From Felis catus (taxonomy: Eukaryota), in contig NC_058368.1 of NCBI RefSeq assembly GCF_018350175.1, positions 33,482,001 through 33,546,000 of the forward strand: 64,000 nucleotides of DNA. The letters run 5' to 3'. Under the pieces are notes generated by a model. The model searched no databases. It saw only the letters and a program-made list of their open reading frames with translations, and had not been told where the DNA came from. This document shows, in pieces, positions 1 through 12,301 of this stretch (its first letter is position 1; each line of letters begins with the position of its first letter). A program made the position numbers and the translations under genes.

Positions 1-1770
1 AAAACTATAGAAAGCTTATGAAGGAAATTGAAGAAGATTTAAAGAAATGGAAAGACATTCCCTACTCATGGATTGGAAAAATAAACATTGTCAAAATGTC
101 AATACTACCCAAAGCTATCTACACATTCAATGCAATCCCAATCAAAATTGCACCAGCATTCTTCTTGAAACTAGAACAAGCAATCCTAAAATTCATATGG
201 AACCACAAAAGGCCCCGAATAGCCAAAGGAATTCTGACGAAGAAGACCAAAGCAGGAGGCATCACAATCCCAGACTTTAGCCTCTACTACAAAGCTGTCA
301 TCATCAAGACAGCATGGTATTGGCACAGAAACAGACACATAGACCAATGGAATAGAATAGAAACCCCAGAACTAGACCCACAAACATATGGCCAACTCAT
401 CTTTGACAAAGCAGGAAAGAACATCCAATGGAAAAAAGACAGCCTCTTTAACAAATGGTGCTGGGAGAACTGGACAGCAACATGCAGAAGGTTGACACTA
501 GACCACTTTCTCACACCATTCACAAAAATAAACTCCAAATGGATAAAGGACCTAAATGTGAGACAGGAAACCATCAAAACCTTAGAGGAGAAAGCAGGAA
601 AAGACCTCTCTGACCTCAGCCGTAGCAATCTCTTACTCGACACATCCCCAAAGGCAAGGGAATTAAAAGCAAAAGTGAATATCTGGGACCTTATGAAGAT
701 AAAAAGCTTCTGCACAGCAAAGGAAACAACCAACAAAACGAAAAGGCAACCAACGGAATGGGAAAAGATATTCGCAAATGACATATCAGACAAAGGGCTA
801 GTATCCAAAATCTATAAAGAGCTCACCAAACTCCACACCCGAAAAACAAATAACCCAGTGAAGAAATGGGCAGAAAACATGAATAGACACTTCTCTAAAG
901 AAGACATCCGGATGGCCAACAGGCACATGAAAAGATGTTCAGCGTCGCTCCTTATCAGGGAAATACAAATCAAAACCACACTCAGGTATCACCTCACGCC
1001 AGTCAGAGTGGCCAAAATGAACAAATCAGGAGACTCTAGATGCTGGAGAGGATGTGGAGAAACGGGAACCCTCTTGCACTGTTGGTGGGAATGCAAATTG
1101 GTGCAGCCGCTCTGGAAAGCAGTGTGGAGGTTCCTCAGAAAATTAAAAATAGACCTACCCTATGACCCAGCAATAGCACTGCTAGGAATTTATCCAAGGG
1201 ATACAGGAGTACTGATGCATAGGGCCACTTGTACCCCAATGTTCATAGCAGCACTCTCAACAATAGCCAAATTATGGAAAGAGCCTAAATGTCCATCCAC
1301 TGATGAATGGATAAAGAAATTGTGGTTTATATACACAATGGAATATTACGTGGCAATGAGAAAAAATGAAATATGGCCTTTTGTAGCAACGTGGATGGAA
1401 CTGGAGAGTGTGATGCTAAGTGAAATAAGCCATACAGAGAAAGACAGATACCATATGGTTTCACTCTTATGTGGACCCTGAGAAATTAACAGGAACCCAT
1501 GGGGGAGGGGAAGGAAAAAAAAAAAAAAACAGGTTAGCGTGGGAGAGAGCCAAAGCATAAGAGACTCTTAAAAACTGAGAACAAACTGAGGGTTGATGGG
1601 GGGTGGGAGGGAGGAGAGGGTGGGTGATGGGTATTGAGGAGGGCACCTTTTGGGATGAGCACTGGGTGTTGTATGGAAACTAATTTGTCAATAAATTTCA
1701 TATAAAAAAAATAAAAAATAAAAAAAATAAACAATAAAAAATAAAAATTAAAAAAAAAAGAAAAAAAAAA
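1..1770 (+). mobile_element. Young felid LINE-1, 3' part (ORF2 3' half, 3'UTR, poly(A) tail); runs off the left window edge
   Basis: Uninterrupted ORF2 to 1481, G-rich 3'UTR (1598-1631), AATAAA at 1690-1695 and an A-rich tail at about 1703-1770. Confidence 0.97.
18..1481 (+). CDS. LINE-1 ORF2p C-terminal half (end of the RT region plus the CCHC cysteine-rich domain); partial, frame open to the window edge
   Basis: 487 aa with no stop. L1 ORF2 motifs [24 protein letters not shown] and [13 protein letters not shown], and an intact C-x3-C-x7-H-x4-C knuckle ([18 protein letters not shown]). Confidence 0.95.
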   Translation: MKEIEEDLKKWKDIPYSWIGKINIVKMSILPKAIYTFNAIPIKIAPAFFLKLEQAILKFIWNHKRPRIAKGILTKKTKAGGITIPDFSLYYKAVIIKTAWYWHRNRHIDQWNRIETPELDPQTYGQLIFDKAGKNIQWKKDSLFNKWCWENWTATCRRLTLDHFLTPFTKINSKWIKDLNVRQETIKTLEEKAGKDLSDLSRSNLLLDTSPKARELKAKVNIWDLMKIKSFCTAKETTNKTKRQPTEWEKIFANDISDKGLVSKIYKELTKLHTRKTNNPVKKWAENMNRHFSKEDIRMANRHMKRCSASLLIREIQIKTTLRYHLTPVRVAKMNKSGDSRCWRGCGETGTLLHCWWECKLVQPLWKAVWRFLRKLKIDLPYDPAIALLGIYPRDTGVLMHRATCTPMFIAALSTIAKLWKEPKCPSTDEWIKKLWFIYTMEYYVAMRKNEIWPFVATWMELESVMLSEISHTEKDRYHMVSLLCGP

Positions 1771-2378
1771 GAATGACTGGTTATATATTATGGAGTTGGG
1801 GGAGCTAAAGTCAAGGGGCAGTTTCCTAATGGAATTTCCATATGCTAAAAAGACTCATAGATTATTGGAGGCCTAGCTAGTTTGGGTCTTAGCAGCTACC
1901 AATGAAGAGCATAGATTAGAATGAGACACCTCTCCAGAAGAGAATGTCAGATGTCTTCTATATAGTGGTACTGGAGAAGAATGATGAAAGACTAAACTCT
2001 AAAGCTGTGATAGAGAAGGGATGGAGTACAACACCTGTGAAGGAGCATTGAAGGTATATGCTGATCTCTTAGGACCCTGGTTAAGTGAGACAGAAGGCCA
2101 AGAAGATCCTTGCATTTTATTCTTCATTACTTCAGAGAATGGTGAAGCCATCCTCAGTGATGGAGAACAGAAACAAATGGCAAAGTAAGAGAGAGGAGAG
2201 TGATGTCTCCCAATTTGAGAATATTAAGCTCCTTCTTTTCATTTTCTTCCATTCGCTAACTTTGCAAAATGAGCCTCAGTTACTTTTTAATGAGAAAAAA
2301 AAAACAAAACAGTGCTCATAGTTAAGATTTTAAGAGACCTAAATTAGGAATATATGATTTTTAAAACTGGAAGAAAAA

Positions 2379-2590
2379 GGGGCGCCTGGGTGGCTCCCCT
2401 GGTTGAGCATCTGACTCTTGATTTCAGCTCAGGTCTTGATCTCATGGTTTGTGAGATTGAGCCCTGTGTAGGACTCCATGCTGACAACAGGGAGCCTGCT
2501 TGAGATTTTTGCTTTCCATCTCTGTCCCTCCCTGACTTGAGCTTTCTCTCTCAAATAAATAAATAAAAATAAGCTTAAAAAAATAAAATA
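2379..2590 (+). mobile_element. CAN-SINE (older subfamily)
   Basis: GGGGCGCCTGGGTGGCTC head, (CT)n region, A-rich tail and a degenerate TSD. Confidence 0.9.
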
Positions 2591-2654
2591 GGAACAAAAA
2601 AGAAAACCATTTTAACGTTTCAGAAGCCTGTGACATTAAAATGAAGAATAACAT

Positions 2655-2875
2655 GGGGTACCTGGGTGGCTCAGTAGGTTAAGCGTCTGACTTTGGCTTA
2701 GGTCATGATCTTTTGGTTTCTGAGTTCGAGTCCCGTGTCAGGCTCTGTGCTGACAGCTCAGAGCGTGGAGCTTGCTTGGATCTGTGTCTCCCTCTCTGTC
2801 TGCCCTTCCCCTGCTCATGCTCTGTCTCTGTCTGTCTCTGAAAAAAAAATAAACATTAAAAAATAATAAAAATAA
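2655..2875 (+). mobile_element. CAN-SINE (felid type)
   Basis: Typical head, body and tail; perfect 18-bp TSD taaaatgaagaataacat (2637-2654 and 2876-2893). Confidence 0.95.
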
Positions 2876-3564
2876 TAAAATGAAGAATAACATTGCATGG
2901 CATTTCCATGTTCAGAAGTCCAGACTAGAAATTGAGCTTTAGGCATCAGATTAGACGTGGTAAGTGAAGCGAGGTGAGGATGCTATCATTTAATCATCCT
3001 TTTCCCTTCATTTATCCATTATGCCATGAATCTTCTATGCCATACATTACACCATACATTTCAAGTCCTGTGATAGATACTAGGAAAGGCACTGTACAGA
3101 AAGGGAGCATAGAATAAGAAACAAAAGTAGAGAAGCGTGTATTCTAAAGGTGAACTGACCTTTGAATGCCAAATGGGGAGAAAAACTGAAATAGATACAG
3201 AGGAGAAGCTAAAGGCAGGAGCATAAAAACTAGGAGGAAATTATGCCCCATAAGACAAGAAAATATCAAGACAAAGAATACTTTGATCTGAATTTGTATT
3301 GTTTAAATAAAAACTTGTTTCTTCATCCCTTGAATCAGTGATGCTCAAATTTGTATTGGAAATGGAAATATTTCCCTAACAATAGCTTACATAAGGATCC
3401 ACAGTGACAGTGTGAGCCCTTTCTAACAACCTAGCCCCCAGCCACTCCCTGATCTCATATTCCCTCAGGCAATCTGGAGGGGGCTTGAAGAGCTACTAGA
3501 GAAAATACTACTCACACATCTTATCTTAGATAATACAAATTAATACCCAAATTTGTTTTTAATA

Positions 3565-4240
3565 GAATGGCAATTACCAGATCCTGGTAGGGGCATAGAA
3601 GAACTGACTGTCTAATAAAACACAGGTGGTGTAGAGTACATCAGCATAACTCCGTTAGGAAAACTGGCAATATCTACTGAAGCTATGTCCGTCCATAAAA
3701 TGGACAGCAATTCCTCTTTAGGCATAAACCTATGAGCAATTTGTTAATATGCTCAGCCAAGACATGTACCAGAATGATCTTAGCGGTACCCCTTGTAATA
3801 TCTCAAACAGGGAACAACACAAATGTCAAAAATATATATATAGAGAAAAATAATTTTAGGTGTGCTCACTGAAAGGGAACGGTATACAATACTGAGATTG
3901 AAAAATCTAGAACTATGTACAATGATAGATCTAAGTCTCACAAACTGTGTGTTAAAGTAGCAACTCCAGATGCAAAAGAATCTATGCTGGATGATTCTAT
4001 TTACATAACAAATTCAGGCAAAACTAACAGAAAGTGACCAAAGTCATGACAGCTGATTTCCTGAGGAATTAATGACTGCAAAGGGATGTGAGGATGATGC
4101 CTGGGGTGCTGGGAACTTTTTTCATATATGTACGGGTGACATCAATGTCTTCAGTTTGTGACAGTCTAGTCATATACTTATCACAGGTGGACTTTTCTGC
4201 ACAGAGATTTTGCCTCAACAAAAAGTTTTAAAAATTAAAC
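3565..4240 (+). mobile_element. Ancient L1 (L1ME-like) 3' end fragment
   Basis: Degenerate ORF2 end and 3'UTR motifs (cagcaattcctctttaggcata, gacatgtaccagaatg, atgattctatttacat). Confidence 0.7.
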
Positions 4241-5124
4241 AAAACTTAGGCATGTACATATTTTCTGGCACTTCAACTAGATTAGATGTTCACTGAAACA
4301 GACGACACATCAGTTTCTATTTCATGTCTATCTCCACACTGTCAATAGAACTCTAACACTCAGTTCTCATTGAATGCTTATTTAGTACATTTTACTATTG
4401 CATGTGAATGGAGTCTTTTGAAGATAACAGATGTGTTTGTTGCTTTGTGAGCAAATAATTGTAAATTATTATGACAAACTTAGAAAATAAGTATTTATGA
4501 TGTAACTGTCATTTTCTACTTGGGGAAAAAAAAGCACTGCCCATCATGTCCTTTGGTCATTCTTTTGATTTAAACTCCCAACAAATGCCTCTGACCTATT
4601 GTGAATGGATGAAATCAGGGACTGGAAATCCTTGCTTAGCACGTGCATCTAATTTTTCTTCTTTTAAGAGAGATTTCCATTCTTGTCAAAAGAAGATGTA
4701 ACATAAAATAACCTTGAAATAAGTTCATCTGCCTCTAAAATTGCTTCTCATCTGTGAATTAATACAAACGAAATTGCATGCTTATCATTTCAAGGAGCTA
4801 GCATGAGCTATCTTGATTCCAGTGATTTACTCAAAAACATTCTGCAACAACATTTTGAAAATATTTGTTTTGTCATGGTAATGTTGCAGAATGATACATT
4901 TTCAATCTATATAAGCATCCTTATGTTCAAGCCTTTGTATTGGATCAATAATTATGCTTGGGTTATTTTATTTCCATAGCCTTTAAGTAGCATTTTGAAG
5001 TTTCACTATTATTAAATAAAATCAGTGAAAAAGCTTTATATTTCGTATTTTAAAAGGATTCTAAAGAGGAAACATTGGACTTCACTGTCATCTCTAAGTT
5101 TACAGCATTTCCCCCTTATGTTCA

Positions 5125-5350
5125 CACTTCCTGTCCTCTCTCTGCCCTACTTATTTATCGTCAGCATTTATCACTACTATGGTTCTCTAAACTTTATTTA
5201 TCTTATTTCTTCTTGTCTCCTCTGTTATGACATAAGATCATTGAAGGCAACGATTATTATCTGTTCTGTTCTCTGCTCTATACTTGACATTTTTGGAACA
5301 ATACATGATACACAGGAGGTGCTGAACAAATACTTTTGAATGAATGGATA
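5125..5350 (+). mobile_element. LINE-2 3' end fragment
   Basis: Ends in acacaggaggtgctgaacaaatacttttgaatgaatggat, like the L2 3' terminus. Confidence 0.65.
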
Positions 5351-5502
5351 AGCTGCAAATAATTCAATAGTTTCAGGATAAAATGTTAGAGAAGGCTAAA
5401 TTCTCAGAAGATAGCACAGTTTTCAGCAAACTGTGGTTTTTGCTGATAGCTTCTAAATGAACACGGAGAAGAAGTTATGTTCTAACTCTAAAGCTCTCCT
5501 TA

Positions 5503-5856
5503 GGGGCACCTGGGTGGCTCCATCAGTTAAGCATCGGACTCTTGAATTTGGCTCAGGTCATGAGCTCATGGTTTGTGAGATCCAGCCCCATATCAGGCTC
5601 CACACTGGCAGCATAGAGCCTGCTTGGGATTCTCTTGGGATTCTCTCTCTCCTCCCTCTCCTCCCTCTCTTCACTTCCCCTTGCTCATGTTATTCTTCAT
5701 TTTATTATTTTTATTATTTTTTAATGTTTATTTTTTTTTCAGAGACAGACAGAGACAGAGCATGAGCAGGGGAAGGGCAGACAGAGAGGGAGACACAGAT
5801 CCAAGCAAGCTCTCTCAAAAATAAATAAACATTAAAAAAGAAGAAAAGAAAAGTTG
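5503..5856 (+). mobile_element. CAN-SINE interrupted by a 126-bp inverted insertion
   Basis: SINE head at 5503; tail resumes at about 5810; TSD aaagctctcc(t/a)ta at 5490-5502 and 5857-5869. Confidence 0.9.
5687..5812 (-). repeat. Exact inverted copy of 2768-2893 (SINE 3' half plus its unique flank)
   Basis: Base-by-base reverse-complement match over 126 nt, including homopolymer lengths. Confidence 0.93.
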
Positions 5857-5955
5857 AAAGCTCTCCATAGGTGGATTGTTTTCATAAGCAATGTAACTGC
5901 TTAGATCTGAGGTTCTTCATTCATACTGTTTGTGTTAGAATAAAAAACAACCCAT

Positions 5956-6180
5956 GGGGCACCTGGGTGGCTCAGTCGGTTAAGCGTCCGACTTCAGCTC
6001 AGGTCACGATCTCGCGGTCCGTGAGTTCAAGCCCCACGTTGGGCTCTGGGCTGATGGCTCAGAGCCTGGAGCCTGCTTCTGGTTCTGTGTCTCCCTCTGT
6101 CTCTGCCCCTCCCCCGTTCATGCTCTGTCTCTCTCTGTCTCAAAAATAAACGTTAAAAAAAAAAAACATTTAAAAAAAAG
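5956..6180 (+). mobile_element. CAN-SINE (young felid type)
   Basis: Near-consensus body; TSD agaataaaaaacaa. Confidence 0.95.
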
Positions 6181-6860
6181 AATAAAAAACAATCCTAGCA
6201 GAAGGAGGGGCCAAAGTTTCTCCAGGCCTCCAGCCAGAGTTCTTGTATTAACTTCTGCTGATCATTAGTCAAAATGCATTTTTTAAACTGCTTTGAAACC
6301 CTCCATGTAATTGCTGTGTCTTCAAAGGAATACAATAGTCTGGTAATAGGATTGCATCTATTTTCTGATTTGTTCTGGAAACAAGCATAAGATTTAATTT
6401 CTAGAACCAGTAAATATGGTATCTCTTCCTTAGGAAAGTTTTAAATATTCTGTGTAACCATAGTTAAACTCTTGTTACATGACTGAATATCCACTAATAT
6501 CAAGGCTTTAGGGGGTACACAATGCAGAGTAGAGACTTTGTCATTTTGTTAGGAATATACAGATCTGATGAACATGTGAAAAGCTGAGGGAAAGAAGAAA
6601 CTTCATTCCAGGAATAGATTTTCACTGAGATTTAGCATGACTGTATTTTGAATCCTAGCCTTAAAATATTTTTTCTAAATATGTACTAATATAAATTTTA
6701 TTCTAGGAATTTGGATTTCATCAGCACACAGTAATAAGTAAAGATTCTCTACTTAGTTTGTATTCTATCAAGGGAAAACAAACAATAATCAATAAATCTA
6801 ATAAATAATTATGAATTTTAATGCAAAGTGGTGGGTTGATAAAAGAAAAGACTGTATGAG

Positions 6861-7309
6861 AGTAGTGAGTTGAATGGTGGCCCCAAAATGCTATATCTAA
6901 GTCATAATCTGGGAACCTGTGAACATGACCTTCTTTCCAAAGAGTCTTTTTAGATGCAATTAAGTTAAGGAACTCAAGATAAAACCATCCTGGATTTAGA
7001 TTGGACCCTAACAATAACAGGTGTCTTTTTATGAAAAAGGCAAAGGGAGAGTTAAGACCCAGAGATACACAGAGAAGACAAGAGACACAGGGATTGGTGC
7101 TATGCAGCCACAAGCCAATGATTTTCTTGAGTCCCTATAAACAAAGAGGCAAAGAAGGGTTCTCCTGGTAGCCTCCAGAGGGAGCATTACCCCACATACA
7201 CTTTTTGCAGACTTGGCGACCTTCACTCCTGTGAGAATTTAAAATACTGTTGTTTTGAAGTCCCCACATCTGAGGTAATTTGTTATGGCAAGCTTGGGAA
7301 ATAAATACA
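6861..7309 (+). mobile_element. MaLR solo LTR (MLT1C-like)
   Basis: gttgaatggtggccccaaaa start, gcagccacaagccaa and cctccagagggagca internally, ggtaatttgttatggc...aataca end. Confidence 0.8.
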
Positions 7310-7629
7310 GTGAGTAAAGGGGAATACCGGATTACCATAGGTGGGAGGGGCTGGTGGCCACATTGAGGAGGTCATATTTGGGCTACACTTAACAGTAATT
7401 CACAGGATTAATTATAGATAAGCTTTTTAAGCACAACCTGGGTATAATTTAAATTTTGGAGAGGACTATGAAATTAGTTATCTCTTTGGAATCAATTTAA
7501 CATACATTAGCATGGGCAGGGCAAGCATGAGTTGAATAACAAAGAGCTTTTTAGCACAGGCAAAATCTGTGCAAACTTTCAAAGACAAATACACAGTTAG
7601 CATAACACATTGATTAAGATGGCGGACTT

Positions 7630-7795
7630 CAGATTCTAAATGGTCTGATTTTAAGTCCAAGTTTCTCGTTTACTCTCCATGTGATTTCAGGCATGTTACC
7701 CGTGCTTCATTTTTTTTTCATCTGTAATACAGGAGTAATAATCAGGTCATTGTGGAAATTACGTGAGTTAAAATACGATTTAAAGCAATACCTAA
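7630..7795 (+). mobile_element. MIR fragment
   Basis: MIR core-like ttttttcatctgtaatacaggagtaataat. Confidence 0.55.
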
Positions 7796-7952
7796 GAGAG
7801 ACACCTGGGCGGGTCAGTTGGTTGAGCATCCAACTCTTGGTTTTGGCTCAGGTCATGATCTCATGGTTTGTGAGTTCAGTTCAAGCCCCGCATCAAACTT
7901 GGAATTCTCTCTCTCTCTCCCTTGTCTCTGTTCTTCCCTCACGCAACCACTA

Positions 7953-8003
<51 letters not shown>

Positions 8004-8025
8004 AATAAACTTAAAAAATTATTTA
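7796..8025 (+). mobile_element. CAN-SINE with long (CT)n
   Basis: Degenerate head, SINE body, (CT)n at about 7957-8000 and an A tail. Confidence 0.9.
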
Positions 8026-9571
8026 AAGAAAACACCCAACAAACTACAAATGTTAGCTGTTAATTTACAGGGAAGAGAAATTTCTCAAAAAGTTGTAGCA
8101 ATTGGTAATTATCTGAGTAATCACCTAAGGGAATTATATCCTTCTAGAGACATGGTCAGAGAAATGAGAGTTATTATATACACTGTGACGCTTTAGATAT
8201 AGATCTGGATATTTGCCTTATTAAGAAAAAAAAATGTGGCCTGAGGTAGAAGGAGAGATTTCATTTTGGGATAAATCAACATTATTCCCATGATATTTAA
8301 TAAGACAGGCAATAGAGATTCAATTTTGTTTACTAATTGAGCATGGCACCTCCTTTAGCTGCAGTTTCTTCCACTATGTCAACGATAATATTAATACCTC
8401 CTAAGTAAAGGGGGAGAATTGAGTGAAGCGGTAAAGCAAATTCTCCCACAGGCTAGTTGTAAATTAGGTATTTCCGAAACCAGATTATGTCTCCTATTAC
8501 TGGTGTATTAATTTCTGTGGACTGCCTAGGACTCTGAGGGAGAATGAGGAGGGAGTGATTAACATATCTTTGGTAATTGTGCTATGCCAGGCTGTTCTAA
8601 TCTGCTTATCTACACTTCCTGCTGCTTTCTCCTGCCAGCTCTCATCAGTGTCTCATCAGGGCACAGCTCTGTGGAACAACCTGCTAGTGACTAGGCTTCT
8701 GGGCTACAAGTTCTGTCTGTCTGCTACTCTTCAAGAACAACAAGCCTTTCTTAGAACTCTGTTAGAGGCCAGGAAAGGAGCTAAATGGTGACACTGTCCA
8801 CCCATCCTTTGTATTTGCTCCATGATTTTTTAATCTAGGCTTCATGTCCCTTTTTTCCTACGGTGTGGAAATATATTGCATTCTAAGCAAGTCTCTACCA
8901 ACGTGAACTATCAGAATTACCTTTGACAGATTCTTAATCTTTTCAAGTAAAGATCTCAGTGTTCCCATTCATTCAGTTGACACTGTTTCTGTCTTTAGGT
9001 AGAGATTTTAAATAGGCTTCTCAAGTGTTTGCATATGAGGCAGAGAAAAATGGGATAATTTTCAGGTCTATCCCATTGTTCGTCTGCCAGTCTTTGTCAA
9101 ACCACTTGAGAATGTAAAGGAAGAAATTATTCTCTCTCCAAGGAAAATAGGCTTCACTGTCAAATTAATTATCCAGATACAAACTTTTTACTTACAAATG
9201 GTTCTAGAGCCAATTAATTAATTTTGCTCACTTTATTTTACGATGTGTCAGGAGAAAAAAGGATTAGAAAACAATGACCAAGACCAAATTCCTTTCCTTG
9301 AACAGAGGTCACATGTCAGGGGTATTATTATCAAGATATTGATTATGATTGGTTTATATAAATAAATGGCCTCTAATTACATAAATGTAATCAATTTAAA
9401 TATTCTAATATATAGCTATACACCATTATCATTAGTGTTGCCTTATTGCCTATTATTTGTTATGTAGAGTCAGATATAATCAAGAAGATGAATACAGTAC
9501 AATTAGTACATTTCGTTCACCAAAGAACTTTCATCATCATAATCATCACATGCTACAACATAAAAATTACT

Positions 9572-9784
9572 GGGGCGCCTGGGTGGCTCAATCGGTTAAG
9601 CGTCCGACTTCGGCTCAGGTCATGATCTCACAGTCCGTGAGTTCGAGCCCCGTGTCGGGCTCTGTGCTGCCAGCTCAGAGCCTGGAGCCTGTTTCAGATT
9701 CTGTGTCTCCCTCTCTCTGACCCTCCCCCATTCATGCTCTGTCTCTCTCTGTCTCAAAAATAAATAAACATTTAAAAAAATTTT
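9572..9784 (+). mobile_element. CAN-SINE (felid type)
   Basis: Near-consensus; TSD taaaaattac (9561-9570 and 9785-9794). Confidence 0.95.
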
Positions 9785-9989
9785 TAAAAATTACAATAAC
9801 AAGAGTAATTGCTAATATTTTTGATAGAAACCTGTAGGTTATAAAGTGACATACATACATAAATATATCTTCGTATATGTGTGTATGTACATAGACACTT
9901 GACATATATGTGACATATATGTGAATTTCAGAGCTGTCACCTTCAAAACAATGTCATGGGGGCTTCCCATTAGATATCACAGTGATCTA

Positions 9990-10240
9990 AGCAGTGTCAT
10001 AAAAAGGGAAATCAATGAGCTTTGGATTCAGATAGTTCTAAATTTGAAAGCCATCTCCTCTACTTAGTTGCTCTGTGACTTGAAATAAGACATTTAGCTT
10101 CATTTAGCCATATCTTTCTTACTTACCAAAAAGTGAGGTGATTAATATGTACCTTTGGGATTACTCATGGGATTAAATATGCTAATTAAATGTAAAATAT
10201 GTACAGAGCCTACTCCATCGGCACTTGATGAGTAAATTAA
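9990..10240 (+). mobile_element. MIR
   Basis: gctttggattcagatag...ctctacttagttgctctgtgacttg...ggattaaatatg pattern. Confidence 0.65.
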
Positions 10241-11654
10241 CCCTTGTTTAACTAATTACCTAAATCTTGCCCATCATAAAATGGTGTTAGTATTTTTTCA
10301 ATGAGCATATGTATACTTGCAACTTTATGCAACTGTTACACAACATTTTGTAGTATATATTATCATTTATTCCTATTGTAAGAAAAGAGCTGCTATGAGA
10401 TATTTTTATATTTTAATTAAATACATTAATTGCTATTAAAGTGATTATCCAGTATCTACATTATTTCCCAAGAGGAATATCAACCACCAAAAAATCTCAG
10501 TGTAATTACTAAAGCCCTTTCAAATAGTTTCAGATACAATGGCAGTGTATGGAAAAAAAAAAAAATGATGTGCCTCTAAAAGTCCTGCCTTACTCCAGGA
10601 AATTAGTTGCAACAATGGAAGAAAACATGACTGACAAATAACTAAAATGGTGGATTTCTTCTGCACACACGTAAATCTATTGCTTCTCTATATTTGTATT
10701 CAGTGAGTCTCTTCTTTTCACCTTGGAAAACTCTAGACTAAACCATAGTTCAAGCTCTCCGTCCATTCTTTTCCTCACAGGGTAAAGCTGTCCTATCCCA
10801 GCATGAAAGTGTTGGACCATATGCTGCTCTGTTCTTCCACTGTGAAGTTAAGCTCCTACCGTCTCGTGGAAAATTGTGTCACTAGGAGACCAAATATGAG
10901 GCATAACAATTTTCTATATTGAACATATAGAAATAAAAATAAAAGTAGAATGACAGAGAAAAATAAAAATAGCGTATTGTAAAATCATTTTGGGCAATTT
11001 GTGTATGCATGTTTCCATAGGAACAGTATTATGTATGAAGTGTAGTTTTGTAAACAAACTACTTATATACCTAAAATAGATATTTGTGCTTTTTCATATA
11101 GTTAATAAAACTATTAAAATATAGTTGTTGCATCAAGGAATATTGATCAGTTACCTTCAGTTATTCCTAAAGTACCCAGAATTTATGGAATTAGAGCAGA
11201 TACAGATTATATTTAATATATCCTGAATGCTAATGTTTGAGTAAAACAAGAGATTTTTAAGAAAAGGGAGTGGATGGATGTTTCAGAGAATATTCTCAAA
11301 AAGGCTTTAAACCAACAAAAATTTTCCAGACTGAGTATTATGTTTAATTTTACTTGACAATTCATGAGTTTTCTTCTTTCTGAATATACTGCTTCTTCTC
11401 ATACTGCTCTTATACTTATCAGACACAATTAAGGAAGTTTTTGGCTCATTATTATCCTGAGGGCAAGATAGAAAAATAATGAGAAGGTTAGAAAGGATAA
11501 CAAAATGAGTACCTGAAGTAAATTTATTCAACTGTCAGCAATGAACAAAATCATATCGGAGACAACGTTTCCTTGTCTCCTCGGGAAGTTTGTAAAGGGA
11601 GCAAATGAGCAAAGAATGTTTAGTTGTTGTCCCTCTTTGTCTACTGCTCCTTAG

Positions 11655-12301
11655 TGTGGGGAATATGTTTAGGAATTCCCTGGGCTTGCACCCATGGGTT
11701 AACAAGGCATAAAGAATTAGAAAGTCATAGGATGCTCACACCCAAGTTTGGGTAAACAAGATTAGGTAAATAGGTACAGAGAGGGTGGGGCAAAGGCAAA
11801 GGACAAGAGCAGAAAGCTGATTTCCCAGAAAGGAAGGACCAAATTAGGTAAACAGGTAAATAGGGCTATGGATTGCTGCTGGGTGATGTTGCCCAGAGTG
11901 GAGATAATTAGCAAAAGAAAGGTGCCTTGTTGACCCTGAGGTAGCATGCTCTATGTGCCTTATCCTCTAGGCCAGCTAAGATAAACAGACAAGGCACCTC
12001 ATGTCTACCATTAACAACCAGCTCCCAGGTGCCAGGATTTTGTTTTATATTGACCTAAACCCCTAACACCATATATCTTCAAAACCCCCTTTCCCTCAGC
12101 CCATGAGTTAATGTTCACAGATTTACTGTCTCTGTGCATGTCCATCATGCTTGTAAGCCTTCTGATCTTAATAAATTTGGAGCAAGGACCCTTATTCGGG
12201 GCGTTTGTCTTCTCCTGGACACGAGCCATCTCTCACATTTTAATCCTACATCCCACTTTCTTGCTAGACAAGAAAGAACTCTAGACCCAGAGTCTAGAGC
12301 A
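11655..12301 (+). mobile_element. ERV solo LTR, probably class II (betaretrovirus-like)
   Basis: TG...CA termini, perfect 6-bp TSD CCTTAG (11649-11654 and 12302-12307), TGTGGGGAA start, AATAAA at 12170-12175; 647 bp. Confidence 0.85.

Noticed and set aside
47..808. Overlapping ORFs 47-280 (+) and 287-808 (-)
   Set aside because: They are alternative-frame and antisense readings of L1 ORF2.
1981..2064. C/D box-like pair ATGATGA...CTGA spanning 84 nt
   Set aside because: The terminal stem is weak, no rRNA or snRNA guide sequence is recognisable, and such pairs occur by chance.
2894..5686. Inversion of the segment between the 126-bp inverted repeats
   Set aside because: The host SINE's head, tail and both TSDs remain in the same orientation across the insert.
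5871..6149. Recurring short ORFs of the type MAQSVKRPTSAQV... (also at 15663, 20478, 29238, 33103, 60026 and others)
   Set aside because: They are translations of CAN-SINE bodies, not a gene family.
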